DNA of 64,000 nt, taken from contig JBIJBE010000002.1 in assembly GCA_044345405.1 (NCBI GenBank), forward strand, positions 1-64,000, in the 5' to 3' direction. This DNA is from Bdellovibrionota bacterium (GTDB lineage: Bacteria; Bdellovibrionota_C; UBA2361; OMII01). Under the pieces are notes generated by a model. It ran no database searches. It was not told the origin of the DNA and saw only the letters and a program-made list of their open reading frames with translations. Positions 40,201-47,457 of the stretch are shown here, in pieces (the stretch's first letter is position 1; each line of letters starts with the position of its first letter). The position numbers were made by a program, and so were the translations under genes.

Positions 40201-41529
40201 GTTCGCGTGGTTGTGGCAGACCTCAACCGCGCCTCGCTCGGTGTGGCTTCACCACGGAGTGAGTTGCAGGGCGCGACGATGCAGGAGGCGCTCGCTCGTG
40301 CTACTCCGCATCAGGTGCAGGAGGCTAGGCTCCTGCCACACCCTCAGGTAAAGCTTCACGCTCAACCAACCTCGAGCTACGTAGCGGTAAACCACGATCT
40401 GCTCCTTGCTGAACAGCGAGCGAAGGTCATTGAGGCGTTGCGGACTCGGACTGCAGAAGCCGAGGTCGGGAAGCGAGATGAGGAGGCGCGTACCGAGTCC
40501 ATCGCCCAGCGTGAGGTCGTTCCTGTAGAAACTCGTAAGAACCAAAAGGCGGCCATTAAGGAGGACGAGCATGAGGTCTCCGTCGCCCTTAAGGATAGTG
40601 AGCCGCGCGGTGGTCGAAGATTTGCACCAGGTGAAGGGGCGCCACGAATGGTGGAGAGAGAACCTTCTCGGAGTGACGTTGCTCTAACGAGGGACCGTTC
40701 TACAGTGGGAGCGTCGGGAGAGGAAAGACTCGAGGCAACGGTCGCTCGGGAGGGGAAGGACTCTACTAGTCCAACATTGAAGAGCGCTCCGACGGCACAC
40801 AACGAGGGCTTAGCTGAACCCCAAGTAGTGGGCGAATCGCGGGACGATATGCGCGACATCCCAAACTTGAAGACGGAAAATCCGAGAGCTCCGTACGCTG
40901 TGAATAGTTTGGTAGTGGAGGCTGAGAGCAGTTCTGCGCACGCACCGAGCGCGGAAACCTCTAAGGTGGTGTTCGTCTCTCGGCCGCACGTGAGTCTCAC
41001 ACCCGTGGAAACGCCGGCTGCCAGCACCGTTTCATCAGTACATGAGGCTCCATGGGCAGCTTACGGAAAGGAAGAGCTCTCCTCGCCCGTTCATAACGAC
41101 GACCTGGAAGCACTGGAGAGTGACATCACGGTGGCCGCGCCATCAAAGAGCGGGCGAAAGCTTCGCAGGGGAGACGATGCTCGCATGCGCAACCTCCTTC
41201 TTCAACAACTCATGGATCAGCACACCACCAAGGCGCGCCGCGAGAAGATCTTGAAGGCGCTCATCGCCCTTGGCATCTCCGAGGTTGAGTACCGAAAGCT
41301 CCTCCTGAAGCTTGGAGAGATGGATGCGGCGCGACTTGCTGAACAGGTGGCCGCGCGGAGCAAGATGGCCGAGCCGATCGCGATGACGGTCGAGGCGCCG
41401 GCGATGAAGGACTCCTCTCCGGAGGTGTCAGGAAAAGCTGAAAACGCGCCGGTTGAAAGTCGGCCCCAGACCTCCCGTGCGGCGCTCTATAAACGCCTGA
41501 AAGAGGAAGCAACGACCGCCCGGAAGTAG
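34300..41529 (+). CDS. Giant (2409 aa) hypothetical alpha-helical protein with annexin-like repeats, hydrophobic hairpin and Pro-rich linker
   Basis: Uninterrupted 7.2-kb ORF, GTG start with GAGG upstream. Function unassigned; see findings. Confidence 0.85.
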   Translation: MAETKLDPKHDPSTEAAKADKLSPKELAALQKELAQRNLQMMPHELDELLAQTTARNQDQRQEQQLYASTWGGAAGVIAALIKVTDAERDVSRRKALEAMQAEMFELLAKEKKKDALRNSPFFKQLVSILGHDTAESITQKLEQAGSASASGLQANQAAIAQASKDIAALLEKNQAILGLRVSGETLAGILESEIAHGISKVPRPVTPTLSLVKPEESLATRTHELMKGLERGDERLARLQALRSELGPEKFTAMVDAYDQKYGIPLVAHVANLSTSNPSFQADMMRETLALLSAAQQERLLDFGRAEYAQTMAVLDKRREIAKDSLRDVTAEICKTEKVLAESIGRPELAYLPEGAVRGKVLEELRVRFPELAGKSWDETYLRLKEVAGQSDPAALGDHLRALLGGKEVTDPEALRDVIARATLQMQMLAVLDQQVEVFKNILSTNETGDEAKLRAHYTTAYGAEATANDATYQALKKVADSHIDNLHRRISDPSLGTDERAALIRERDALEFLSVKKLASQALHGGETPDAEGALAILRDFAVAYADTPARRSEAFRSACDHLITSIESADTLRKEWLGLDVTQFGNVEFKKPTGRELVSCIDGRPARMDEMRLRERLAELDTTKSAFGSSTDPLDRLIASGAPLAKNGLAVTKQTQLEVLRAQRQAALSTNFFGHILEGSSQYVGVQAPLATIDSKGASSKAKESFDRIGAATSALDEASGKLTKELSALESGPQSAFLSSATQRALSSGLSKGVCAKLNASSAAEAVSKFVRDLDPVEDLPVDREVLDAVRKVVPPESEIGKAMTAVGSGSHQPLQEFQSIKARLDPTNALRFDILVAKETDAVARGNSSVVSSIVGEILNRDPKDLFTSSIEAREHARLSRIERLLGALTDEEHRDFLRFFEATTQRSLGQALIANLPADGSRKDLLLRLAGSRAATSQDLQRFYTEPVPGDRGARVAALSRALGADAQRPAVKVDEVRQTAQGYAYQYSSLREAVKVAMGQGDVALVGEISDKMRAIEARMSGTITKTVAQLDASYVARAGIRDRLQAVQEEIFQDELTRYVPGRPDIAALAKGTAELLRSTTPKTDAAFNRIRQANLTEEEALHLRALYGRESKQASTLLERRALTGDLRRDLEPLARPGVEEQERISFLVKGGQESLREADKRTLAIAEREQNEKRQLETLSNLRASGHYDKVKDQVSAMKLTPAAQEYHKAVVSGDTKKADAADLAIKAKNGDVKPQEVASFLKDKSPAELEQIKKDHPTLAKDLAASNSFLTEQQYAQLMSNIALERQRALEQAMLKSLTDPNAFAAWLDVQGSREQKHEMLRNLEALIEKQPHAPTFVAGGESKIVQYVRAQRTDFREIDAHLIKNIIASRLGETQSLNDKTVTDLLTLRAEAVRRMTTLDAFDQPRRTIYNAANENLLEKRRYLAEAQADQDRRWVSAGKYDNVIALSKARITEQDALVRPMSAGIRDIDTSRELVRYAFALMAKDAVAQVDKGLRPEVTDSVTTLLTQRDQKIQYKVTDDKRDAEWIASVKSTSEAIQSFDKWSTIGLGTAKVLTTVAAGIFFSPAAGLAVATAWNVGDKVYRGVVGKESIKSLAKSFALELAIDTAFAALSSLKTTTVTLAGGSAVKDTAAQGLKLSKRVWEFKPNVSILKPHSIKEVTKDRGELVHSSLLVGVSKEQAKETFGKHIVIQKLGEKYFQQLSEKVPDALLRSNWAQIHVGRFVPFIMPTSVPSTPTKTPPAVEKKVDDDSAGRKKVAEQSLQAVPPDKKPKVVVDDILGVTKPPKEGSSPTAPAQVPTPALELTLAINPALLREIEAKLALSPNAEVQKAVDDLNSFMSQPTASNVEGEERLRGLQNALNQWAPYPELSSALDKLLTGTNPFLAFLNAPTTGFAAAAPPPQPPPPQAPPPPPPKDPGNSPGSGGGGMPGPVLVSNPIVRGDQQGTPRLDGTADDVRVVVADLNRASLGVASPRSELQGATMQEALARATPHQVQEARLLPHPQVKLHAQPTSSYVAVNHDLLLAEQRAKVIEALRTRTAEAEVGKRDEEARTESIAQREVVPVETRKNQKAAIKEDEHEVSVALKDSEPRGGRRFAPGEGAPRMVEREPSRSDVALTRDRSTVGASGEERLEATVAREGKDSTSPTLKSAPTAHNEGLAEPQVVGESRDDMRDIPNLKTENPRAPYAVNSLVVEAESSSAHAPSAETSKVVFVSRPHVSLTPVETPAASTVSSVHEAPWAAYGKEELSSPVHNDDLEALESDITVAAPSKSGRKLRRGDDARMRNLLLQQLMDQHTTKARREKILKALIALGISEVEYRKLLLKLGEMDAARLAEQVAARSKMAEPIAMTVEAPAMKDSSPEVSGKAENAPVESRPQTSRAALYKRLKEEATTARK

Positions 41530-41668
41530 GGAAGCTTCACCAGGATCACCTAACCTATTGGAATGAGGTGCCGCTCAATCCCTTTTGCTCTGCCCAGAGC
41601 GCTCTTTTCAACTTATAAAATCGGGACGTTATCCCGATACATCAAAAGAGATACGAGGGAAGGGGAGC

Positions 41669-42811
41669 TTGGGCAAGGATCCACAAAACAACGAGAGGTC
41701 GGTTTCCGACTTCTGTATCCTTAATGGACGAACGGACGCGCGACTGAGCGACGTCGAGCGGCTCACCATGCTTGGGGGGAGCGGACTTGACCGTCTCGTG
41801 CAGAGACTCGCGAAGAGTCTCGAGTCGGTAACCCTCGACGCCTTCGCTCCCGGTCTTCAGGTAGCTGCCCTTAAACATCAACACGAGGAACTTCTTTCGT
41901 TGCGACAGAACGGGTCGCTTAGTCGTCTCTTTCAGGACGATGGTCGGGAGACCTCTCCAGCGGTCGTTCCTATTCACGGATTTCCGGTCGGGGGAGTGTA
42001 CGATTTAGAGTTTCACTCAACCTTCCCGGGCGATTCGTGGATGCACGACCCCGAATACGCGGCGCTCGTACAGAACCAGGTATCGTACGTTCGATTATGG
42101 GAGCACGACGAACCCCGCCCTGATCGAAAAACAATCGTCGCTATTCACGGGTGGACGATGGGCGATCAACGGGTAAACTCGCTCGCCTTTATGCCCGGAC
42201 TCTTCTTCTCGCTCGGTTGTAACGTGGCGCTCGTCGAGCTTCCCTTTCACGGACGACGGCGGCCGGATTCGATATCCAGCGAAGCTCCGCTCTTCCCGAG
42301 CGCCGACCCGATTCGCACCTGCGTCGCGATGGCGCACGCGGTCCATGATCTCCGCGTCCTCGCGAGGTTCCTCAAGTCCCGCGGTCATACGCAGATCTCA
42401 TGTATGGGGATGAGCCTCGGCGCGTATGTTGGCCTCCTGTGGTGCTCGCTTGACCACCTTTCGCGTGCGGTATTTATGGTTCCGCTCGTCTCGATGGGGG
42501 ATATGGCGTGGGAGCTCGTGCGCTTGAAACACCGAACAGACAAAGATATCCCACAAGGGATGACCAAGTCGTTCTTGCGCGATCTCTTCTCGGACCATTA
42601 TCCTTTAGGCCGTTCCCCCGCCACGAGCCAGGAGTCAATACTCGTGGTGGGTGGAAGAGGAGACCACCTTGTCCCTCGCAACCAGATTACCCTCCTTCGA
42701 GAGAGGTGGCCCCACGCAAAGGTTCTGTGGGCGGATGGTGGTCACGGCGCGCCCGCGCACAAGGGAGAGTGTTTTGAAGCAGTTCGTTCGTTCTTACTAC
42801 AAGGGGAATAA
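41669..42811 (+). CDS. Alpha/beta hydrolase (ABHD18-like)
   Basis: IHGW, LPFHGRRRP, GMSLG nucleophile elbow, GDHLVP, GGH. Likely TTG start at 41669 after GGGGAG. Confidence 0.85.
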   Translation: MGKDPQNNERSVSDFCILNGRTDARLSDVERLTMLGGSGLDRLVQRLAKSLESVTLDAFAPGLQVAALKHQHEELLSLRQNGSLSRLFQDDGRETSPAVVPIHGFPVGGVYDLEFHSTFPGDSWMHDPEYAALVQNQVSYVRLWEHDEPRPDRKTIVAIHGWTMGDQRVNSLAFMPGLFFSLGCNVALVELPFHGRRRPDSISSEAPLFPSADPIRTCVAMAHAVHDLRVLARFLKSRGHTQISCMGMSLGAYVGLLWCSLDHLSRAVFMVPLVSMGDMAWELVRLKHRTDKDIPQGMTKSFLRDLFSDHYPLGRSPATSQESILVVGGRGDHLVPRNQITLLRERWPHAKVLWADGGHGAPAHKGECFEAVRSFLLQGE

Positions 42812-42817
42812 GGTTCT

Positions 42818-44566
42818 ATGTCGCAAGGTTCTGACTCACGAAATGATGGCAGCGTAGCGAAGGGTCTCTTTCTTGGAGAGATTCGAGACCATCAGCTCTT
42901 TCCCTTCCCAACGATAAAGCCGGAGGAACAAGAGACCTTGAAGATGGTGATCGAGTCCATCGATCGCTTCATGGGAGGAAAGGAGAAGGAGTATCGTCAG
43001 TTCGACGAAGAAGGTGTGCAGCCGAACGAATACGTCGAGGAGCTTAAGGCGCTTGGGCTATTCTCGCTGATCATCCCAAACGAGTATGAGGGTCTTGGAT
43101 TATCTAACTCGGGCTACTCACGGGTTCTGCAACAAACAAGTCGCTATGACGCATCGACCTCCCTCACGATCGGGGCGCACAGCTCTATCGGTCTCAAGGC
43201 TCTCCTCCTCTTCGGGACCAACGATCAAAAAACAAAGTACCTTCCTAAGCTCGCCACCGGAGAGATGATCGCCGCGTTCTGCCTTACCGAATCGGGCTCC
43301 GGTTCCGACGCAGCCTCTATTAAGACACGCGCGACCAAGAACGCTGACGGCACCTGGACCCTTAACGGCGAAAAGATCTGGATAACGAACGGCGGCACGG
43401 CCGATTTCTTCACCGTCTTCGCGGCGACCGACACCGACGATGGCAAGATTACCGCGTTCATCGTTGAACGCTCATTTGCGGGGGTTTCGTCCGGTCCTAA
43501 AGAGGACAAGATGGGGATCCGCGCTTCGTGCACGACTACCGTTCGCTTCGACAACGTCACGATTCCATCCGAGTGTGTGTTAGGCGAGGTAGGCAAAGGA
43601 TTCAAGGTCGCGATGGCGGTGCTGAACAATGGTCGCACCGGTCTCGGTGGTGGATGCGTCGGCGCCATGAAGCGGTTGATCGAGCATGCGGTAGCGCAAG
43701 CGACGCAGCGAAAACAGTTCGGGAAGAGTATCTCTGAGTTTCAACTTATTAAAGAGAAGTTCGGGATGATGACCGCGCTCTGCTTCGCGTCAGAGAGCGT
43801 TGTAAGTGTCGTTGGACACCTGATCGACTCAGATGTTGAGGATTTCTCCGTCGAAGCGGCGATGAGCAAGGTGTTCGTCTCGGAAGCGTTGTGGACGGTC
43901 GCCGATGAGGCGCTCCAGATTGCGGGTGGTAACGGATTTATGAAGGAGTATCCGTACGAGCGGGTCGTTCGAGATAGCCGCATTAACCGCATCTTTGAGG
44001 GAACAAACGAGATCCTGCGTCTCTTCATCGGGCTCTCCGGGATGAAAGACGCCGGTGAGGAGCTTAAGGATGTCGCTCGAAGCCTCTCAGGTATCTTCAA
44101 TCACCCGATTAAGGGGTTCGGCGTGCTCTCAGGCTACGCCTCGAAGAAGATTAGCCAGTATACTCCGATAGGCCGTCAGGCCCTTACCCGCGCGCACCCA
44201 AGCCTCGCTGAGCAGTCGCAAGCTCTTGAAGGACTCGTCAGCAAACTCGCGGGCGCCGTCGAGTCGACGTTGCGGACGTACGGAAAGAATATCATCGGCA
44301 GTCAGCTCGTAACGAAGCGGCTCTCAGATTCCGCGATGGAGATCTTCGTCGCGATGTGTGTGATCGCGCGTGTCACCTCGTTGCTCCAGGCGAAGGGTGT
44401 TGGTGCGTGCAAGGACGAGCTCACTATCGCCAAGGTCTTCACGCATCACGTAGCCACGCGCGTTAACGGTCACCTTAAGGCGCTCTCTGAGAATACTGAC
44501 AAAGAGCTCTGCGCGCTTGCTGATAGCGTTCTTGAGCAGGGCTCCTACCGCTGGGATGTGCTCTAG
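42818..44566 (+). CDS. Acyl-CoA dehydrogenase, ACAD9/VLCAD-like with C-terminal extension
   Basis: FCLTESGSGSDA, LNGEKIWITNG, KMGIRAS, RKQFGK, RINRIFEGTNEILR. Confidence 0.95.
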   Translation: MSQGSDSRNDGSVAKGLFLGEIRDHQLFPFPTIKPEEQETLKMVIESIDRFMGGKEKEYRQFDEEGVQPNEYVEELKALGLFSLIIPNEYEGLGLSNSGYSRVLQQTSRYDASTSLTIGAHSSIGLKALLLFGTNDQKTKYLPKLATGEMIAAFCLTESGSGSDAASIKTRATKNADGTWTLNGEKIWITNGGTADFFTVFAATDTDDGKITAFIVERSFAGVSSGPKEDKMGIRASCTTTVRFDNVTIPSECVLGEVGKGFKVAMAVLNNGRTGLGGGCVGAMKRLIEHAVAQATQRKQFGKSISEFQLIKEKFGMMTALCFASESVVSVVGHLIDSDVEDFSVEAAMSKVFVSEALWTVADEALQIAGGNGFMKEYPYERVVRDSRINRIFEGTNEILRLFIGLSGMKDAGEELKDVARSLSGIFNHPIKGFGVLSGYASKKISQYTPIGRQALTRAHPSLAEQSQALEGLVSKLAGAVESTLRTYGKNIIGSQLVTKRLSDSAMEIFVAMCVIARVTSLLQAKGVGACKDELTIAKVFTHHVATRVNGHLKALSENTDKELCALADSVLEQGSYRWDVL

Positions 44567-44575
44567 ACCTTCTCG

Positions 44576-44716
44576 ACGTACACGTGCTCGTGTTCGTAAA
44601 CGTGAACGTACCCGAGAGTGAACGTTGACGTAGTCGGAGTGCTAACTCACCAGATGTGATGCATACCATTCCGAATCGGGTACGTTTACGTTCACGTTTA
44701 CGAGCACGTTCACGTG
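44576..44716 (+). repeat. Family-1 REP/MITE-like inverted-repeat element, copy 3
   Basis: Arm 44676-44716 matches 13184-13224 at 40 of 41 nt. Partner arm at 44576-44615. 60-bp spacer. Confidence 0.88.
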
Positions 44717-44763
44717 GGAGGTAGAAGAACGCAGAGAGAATCCTAAGAAAGGCTTGAAATCCC

Positions 44764-44792
44764 TTGCAGTGAGCCCAGTTTTTCCCTACCTT
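44764..44792 (+). promoter_or_regulatory. Putative sigma70 promoter of argH
   Basis: TTGCAG-N17-TACCTT, 20 bp before the ORF start. Confidence 0.55.
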
Positions 44793-44812
44793 GAGTTCGT
44801 TATTTCCTGGAG

Positions 44813-46240
44813 ATGTATATGAAGAAGCTATGGGGTGGTCGTTTCTCTGATTCCGCGGACGCGTTCGCCGAGGCGTTTGGAGCCTCTATCTCGTTCGACC
44901 AGATCTTCGCTCCGTACGACATTCAGGGAAGCATCGCCCATGCGACTATGTTGGGTGAGACCGGTATTATTTCCAGCGAGGAGTCCCAACAGCTCGTTGA
45001 GGGACTCAAGAAGGTCCGAGCGCGTTGGGAGCGCGGAGAGCTTGAGTTCCGGCTCTCTGATGAAGATATCCACATGAACATCGAGCGCTACCTCACTGAG
45101 GAGATCGGCCCGGTGGCCGGGAAACTCCACACCGCGCGAAGCCGAAACGACCAGGTCGCGACGGACTTTCACCTCTACATCCGGGCGCACATAGTCTCTT
45201 TGGCATCCGCTATCGACGAAGCACAGCAGGTCTTGATCGAGAAGGCCCGCGCGAACATGGACGCGATCCTTCCGGGGTATACCCATCTTCAACGCGCCCA
45301 ACCGGTTCTTTTCTCGCATCACCTTCTGGCATACGCCGCCATGCTCGATCGTGATGGCGGGCGTCTCACCGATCTGTGGAAGCGAGTGAACATCCTTCCC
45401 CTGGGAGCTGGGGCGCTGGCGGGAACAACCTTCCCAATAGATCGCGAGCGGGTCGCCTCGCTCCTTCGGTTCGATGGTGTGTACGAGAACAGCATGGACG
45501 CCGTGAGTGATCGGGACTTCGCTCTGGAATACCTCAACTGCTGTGCCACGGTCATGATGCATCTCTCGCGACTGTGCGAGGAGATTATCATCTGGTCGAC
45601 CGGCGAGTTCTCTTTCGTTGAGCTTCACGACTCCCTCTCAACGGGAAGCAGCATCATGCCGCAGAAGAAGAACGCGGACTTCGCCGAGTTAATCCGAGGG
45701 AAGACTGGTCGTGTCTACGGCGCCCTTACGACGCTCTATACGGTGATGAAGGGGCTTCCGCTGACCTACAACAAGGATATGCAGGAGGATAAGGAGGGCG
45801 TCTTCGACGCGACCGAAACCGTGTACGGCTCACTCAAGATCGCCGCCGCCATGGTGAAGACCCTCACGGTAAATAAAGAAGCGATGCGAGCGCACGCCGA
45901 GCGTGGTTTTACAAACGCCACTGACGCCGCTGACTATCTCGCGAAGAAGGGTCTTCCGTTTCGAGAAGCTCACGAAGTGGTCGGAAAGCTCGTTAAGCAC
46001 TGCGTAATCAACCGTTGTGACCTAGGCGCGCTCACACTTGAGACCTACAAATCGTTCTCGCCCCTCTTCGAGCAGGATATTTACGAGGCGATCACCCTTG
46101 AGACGGTGGTCAATAGAAGGACTACTCGAGGCGGCACCGGAACCAGTGCCGTTGAGGCGCAGATCACTATAGCGGAAGGGCGGCAACGACACCTCTCTTT
46201 GTGGGTTGAGAGATATCGTGCGACCGTTGCTCCTGAGTAA
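44813..46240 (+). CDS. argH: Argininosuccinate lyase
   Basis: KLWGGRF, LHTARSRNDQ, PGYTHLQRAQP, TGSSIMPQKKN, YNKDMQEDK. Confidence 0.98.
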   Translation: MYMKKLWGGRFSDSADAFAEAFGASISFDQIFAPYDIQGSIAHATMLGETGIISSEESQQLVEGLKKVRARWERGELEFRLSDEDIHMNIERYLTEEIGPVAGKLHTARSRNDQVATDFHLYIRAHIVSLASAIDEAQQVLIEKARANMDAILPGYTHLQRAQPVLFSHHLLAYAAMLDRDGGRLTDLWKRVNILPLGAGALAGTTFPIDRERVASLLRFDGVYENSMDAVSDRDFALEYLNCCATVMMHLSRLCEEIIIWSTGEFSFVELHDSLSTGSSIMPQKKNADFAELIRGKTGRVYGALTTLYTVMKGLPLTYNKDMQEDKEGVFDATETVYGSLKIAAAMVKTLTVNKEAMRAHAERGFTNATDAADYLAKKGLPFREAHEVVGKLVKHCVINRCDLGALTLETYKSFSPLFEQDIYEAITLETVVNRRTTRGGTGTSAVEAQITIAEGRQRHLSLWVERYRATVAPE

Positions 46241-46246
46241 CCCCCT

Positions 46247-46597
46247 CTACGATGCGGCTCTTATGTCTGGCTGTGGGGCTGACGATCTTCGTTGAAGCCC
46301 CGTGGCCCGTTCGATCTTAGCAAGGAAGCTCTCGCAGGCGTCGTGGTATCGAGCCCGAGTCCACCCCATGTATCGGACCTCATCAAGATAGGTGCCAGCA
46401 AAGGTAAGATAATAGATAAGAAGCTGCGGGTCCTTGGGTAACGAGAAGTGTCCATTCCGAGGCATACCGGGAATGGAGCGAACAGGAGCTCTGTTAGGGA
46501 GCTCTGTAGGGGAGGAAAAGTAACTCCATGCGTCTCGGGTCAGGAGTTGCGCGATCTTCTCCTCGTCGGGCTCAAGTGTTATCCCCACCGTTGTCAT
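46247..46597 (-). CDS. Hypothetical protein (116 aa)
   Basis: ATG at 46597 preceded by GGAGGGG. No motif recognised. Confidence 0.55.
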   Translation of the reverse strand: MTTVGITLEPDEEKIAQLLTRDAWSYFSSPTELPNRAPVRSIPGMPRNGHFSLPKDPQLLIYYLTFAGTYLDEVRYMGWTRARYHDACESFLAKIERATGLQRRSSAPQPDIRAAS

Positions 46598-46812
46598 GGC
46601 AGCCCCTCCGCTCGTTCCGCCGTTGTTGCCACCATTGTCAATGGCGCTGACATCAGGCGGTATGACCCCGAGCACACGAGTGGTGATGCGCTCATCATGG
46701 TGAGTACGTCAGTTCCCAGTTAGCCTTCGTAGGTTTTTACCTATACGGAGGAGCTATGAAGGGAGCACAGGAGAGGGCGCGCGCTGAACAACAGCAGGGC
46801 GAGGAGCGTTTT

Positions 46813-47040
46813 ATGGCGCTGGAGACGGTATTCAAAACGATTGAGCTGACCGCGGAGTCCAATACCAGTTGGGAAGCGGCGGCACAGCAGTGTATCCAAG
46901 AGGCAAGTTCGACGGTTAAGAATATCCGTGAGCTGAAGGTCGAGTCGATGAAGGCGCTGATCGACAAGGATCAGATCGTTCGATACCGCCTGCGGTGTCG
47001 TGTCGCGTTCGCGGTCGATACGTCGATCCGGGAGCATTAG
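46813..47040 (+). CDS. Dodecin family (flavin-binding) protein
   Basis: VFKTIELTAESNTSWEAAAQQCIQEASSTVKNIR...IVRYRLRCRVAF. SD GAGGAG. Confidence 0.88.
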   Translation: MALETVFKTIELTAESNTSWEAAAQQCIQEASSTVKNIRELKVESMKALIDKDQIVRYRLRCRVAFAVDTSIREH

Positions 47041-47054
47041 GGATAGGGGGAGGT

Positions 47055-47071
47055 GCGACCGGGGACGGTCG
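47055..47071. repeat. Family-2 REP-like hairpin (partial copy)
   Basis: GCGACCGGGGACGGTCG is identical to 61719-61735. Lies between convergent genes. Confidence 0.7.
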
Positions 47072-47082
47072 GGCGTCCCGGA

Positions 47083-47364
47083 CTACGCCTCCTCCCTCCG
47101 CACCGCCTCAATAAAATACGCGTGCGTCCCGAAATCGAACGGGATCTCGATCTCAAGGACCTTGTGGATGAACGCCACATCGTCCGGGCCCACGGCGTAT
47201 CGGTCGAGCATCTGAGGGTCATGTTCAACAGGCACGTCGAACTGGTGGCAGAAGGCATGAAGGTCGAACGGTTCGAGGAGGTGTACGTCGACGACCTCCT
47301 CGGTGTTTCCGTCAACAACGGCAAGGACGTGGCATATTGAGGGATCGGAAGAGCTTGATGACAT
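47083..47364 (-). CDS. Small acidic protein resembling colicin E3/cloacin immunity-like proteins
   Basis: Pattern VVDGNTEEVVD...FDVP..DPQMLDRYAV...IPFDFGTHAYFIEA, recognised by eye only. Confidence 0.6.
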   Translation of the reverse strand: MSSSSSDPSICHVLAVVDGNTEEVVDVHLLEPFDLHAFCHQFDVPVEHDPQMLDRYAVGPDDVAFIHKVLEIEIPFDFGTHAYFIEAVRREEA

Positions 47365-47457
47365 CCCAGACCTATAACACCTTTTGCCGAAAAGGGGGAG
47401 GTGCAGGCGTAACTGGTGCTCTACAAGTGAGAGTTTTTGGGCTAGCATGTCGGAGTT

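Noticed and set aside
34300-41529. Phage tape measure protein or prophage
   Set aside because: No neighbouring tail, capsid, terminase or integrase genes; the flanks are chromosomal metabolic genes.
3341-44716. Family-1 repeats with unique spacers as a CRISPR array
   Set aside because: The arms are inverted pairs dispersed over 41 kb rather than tandem direct repeats, and there are no cas genes in the window.
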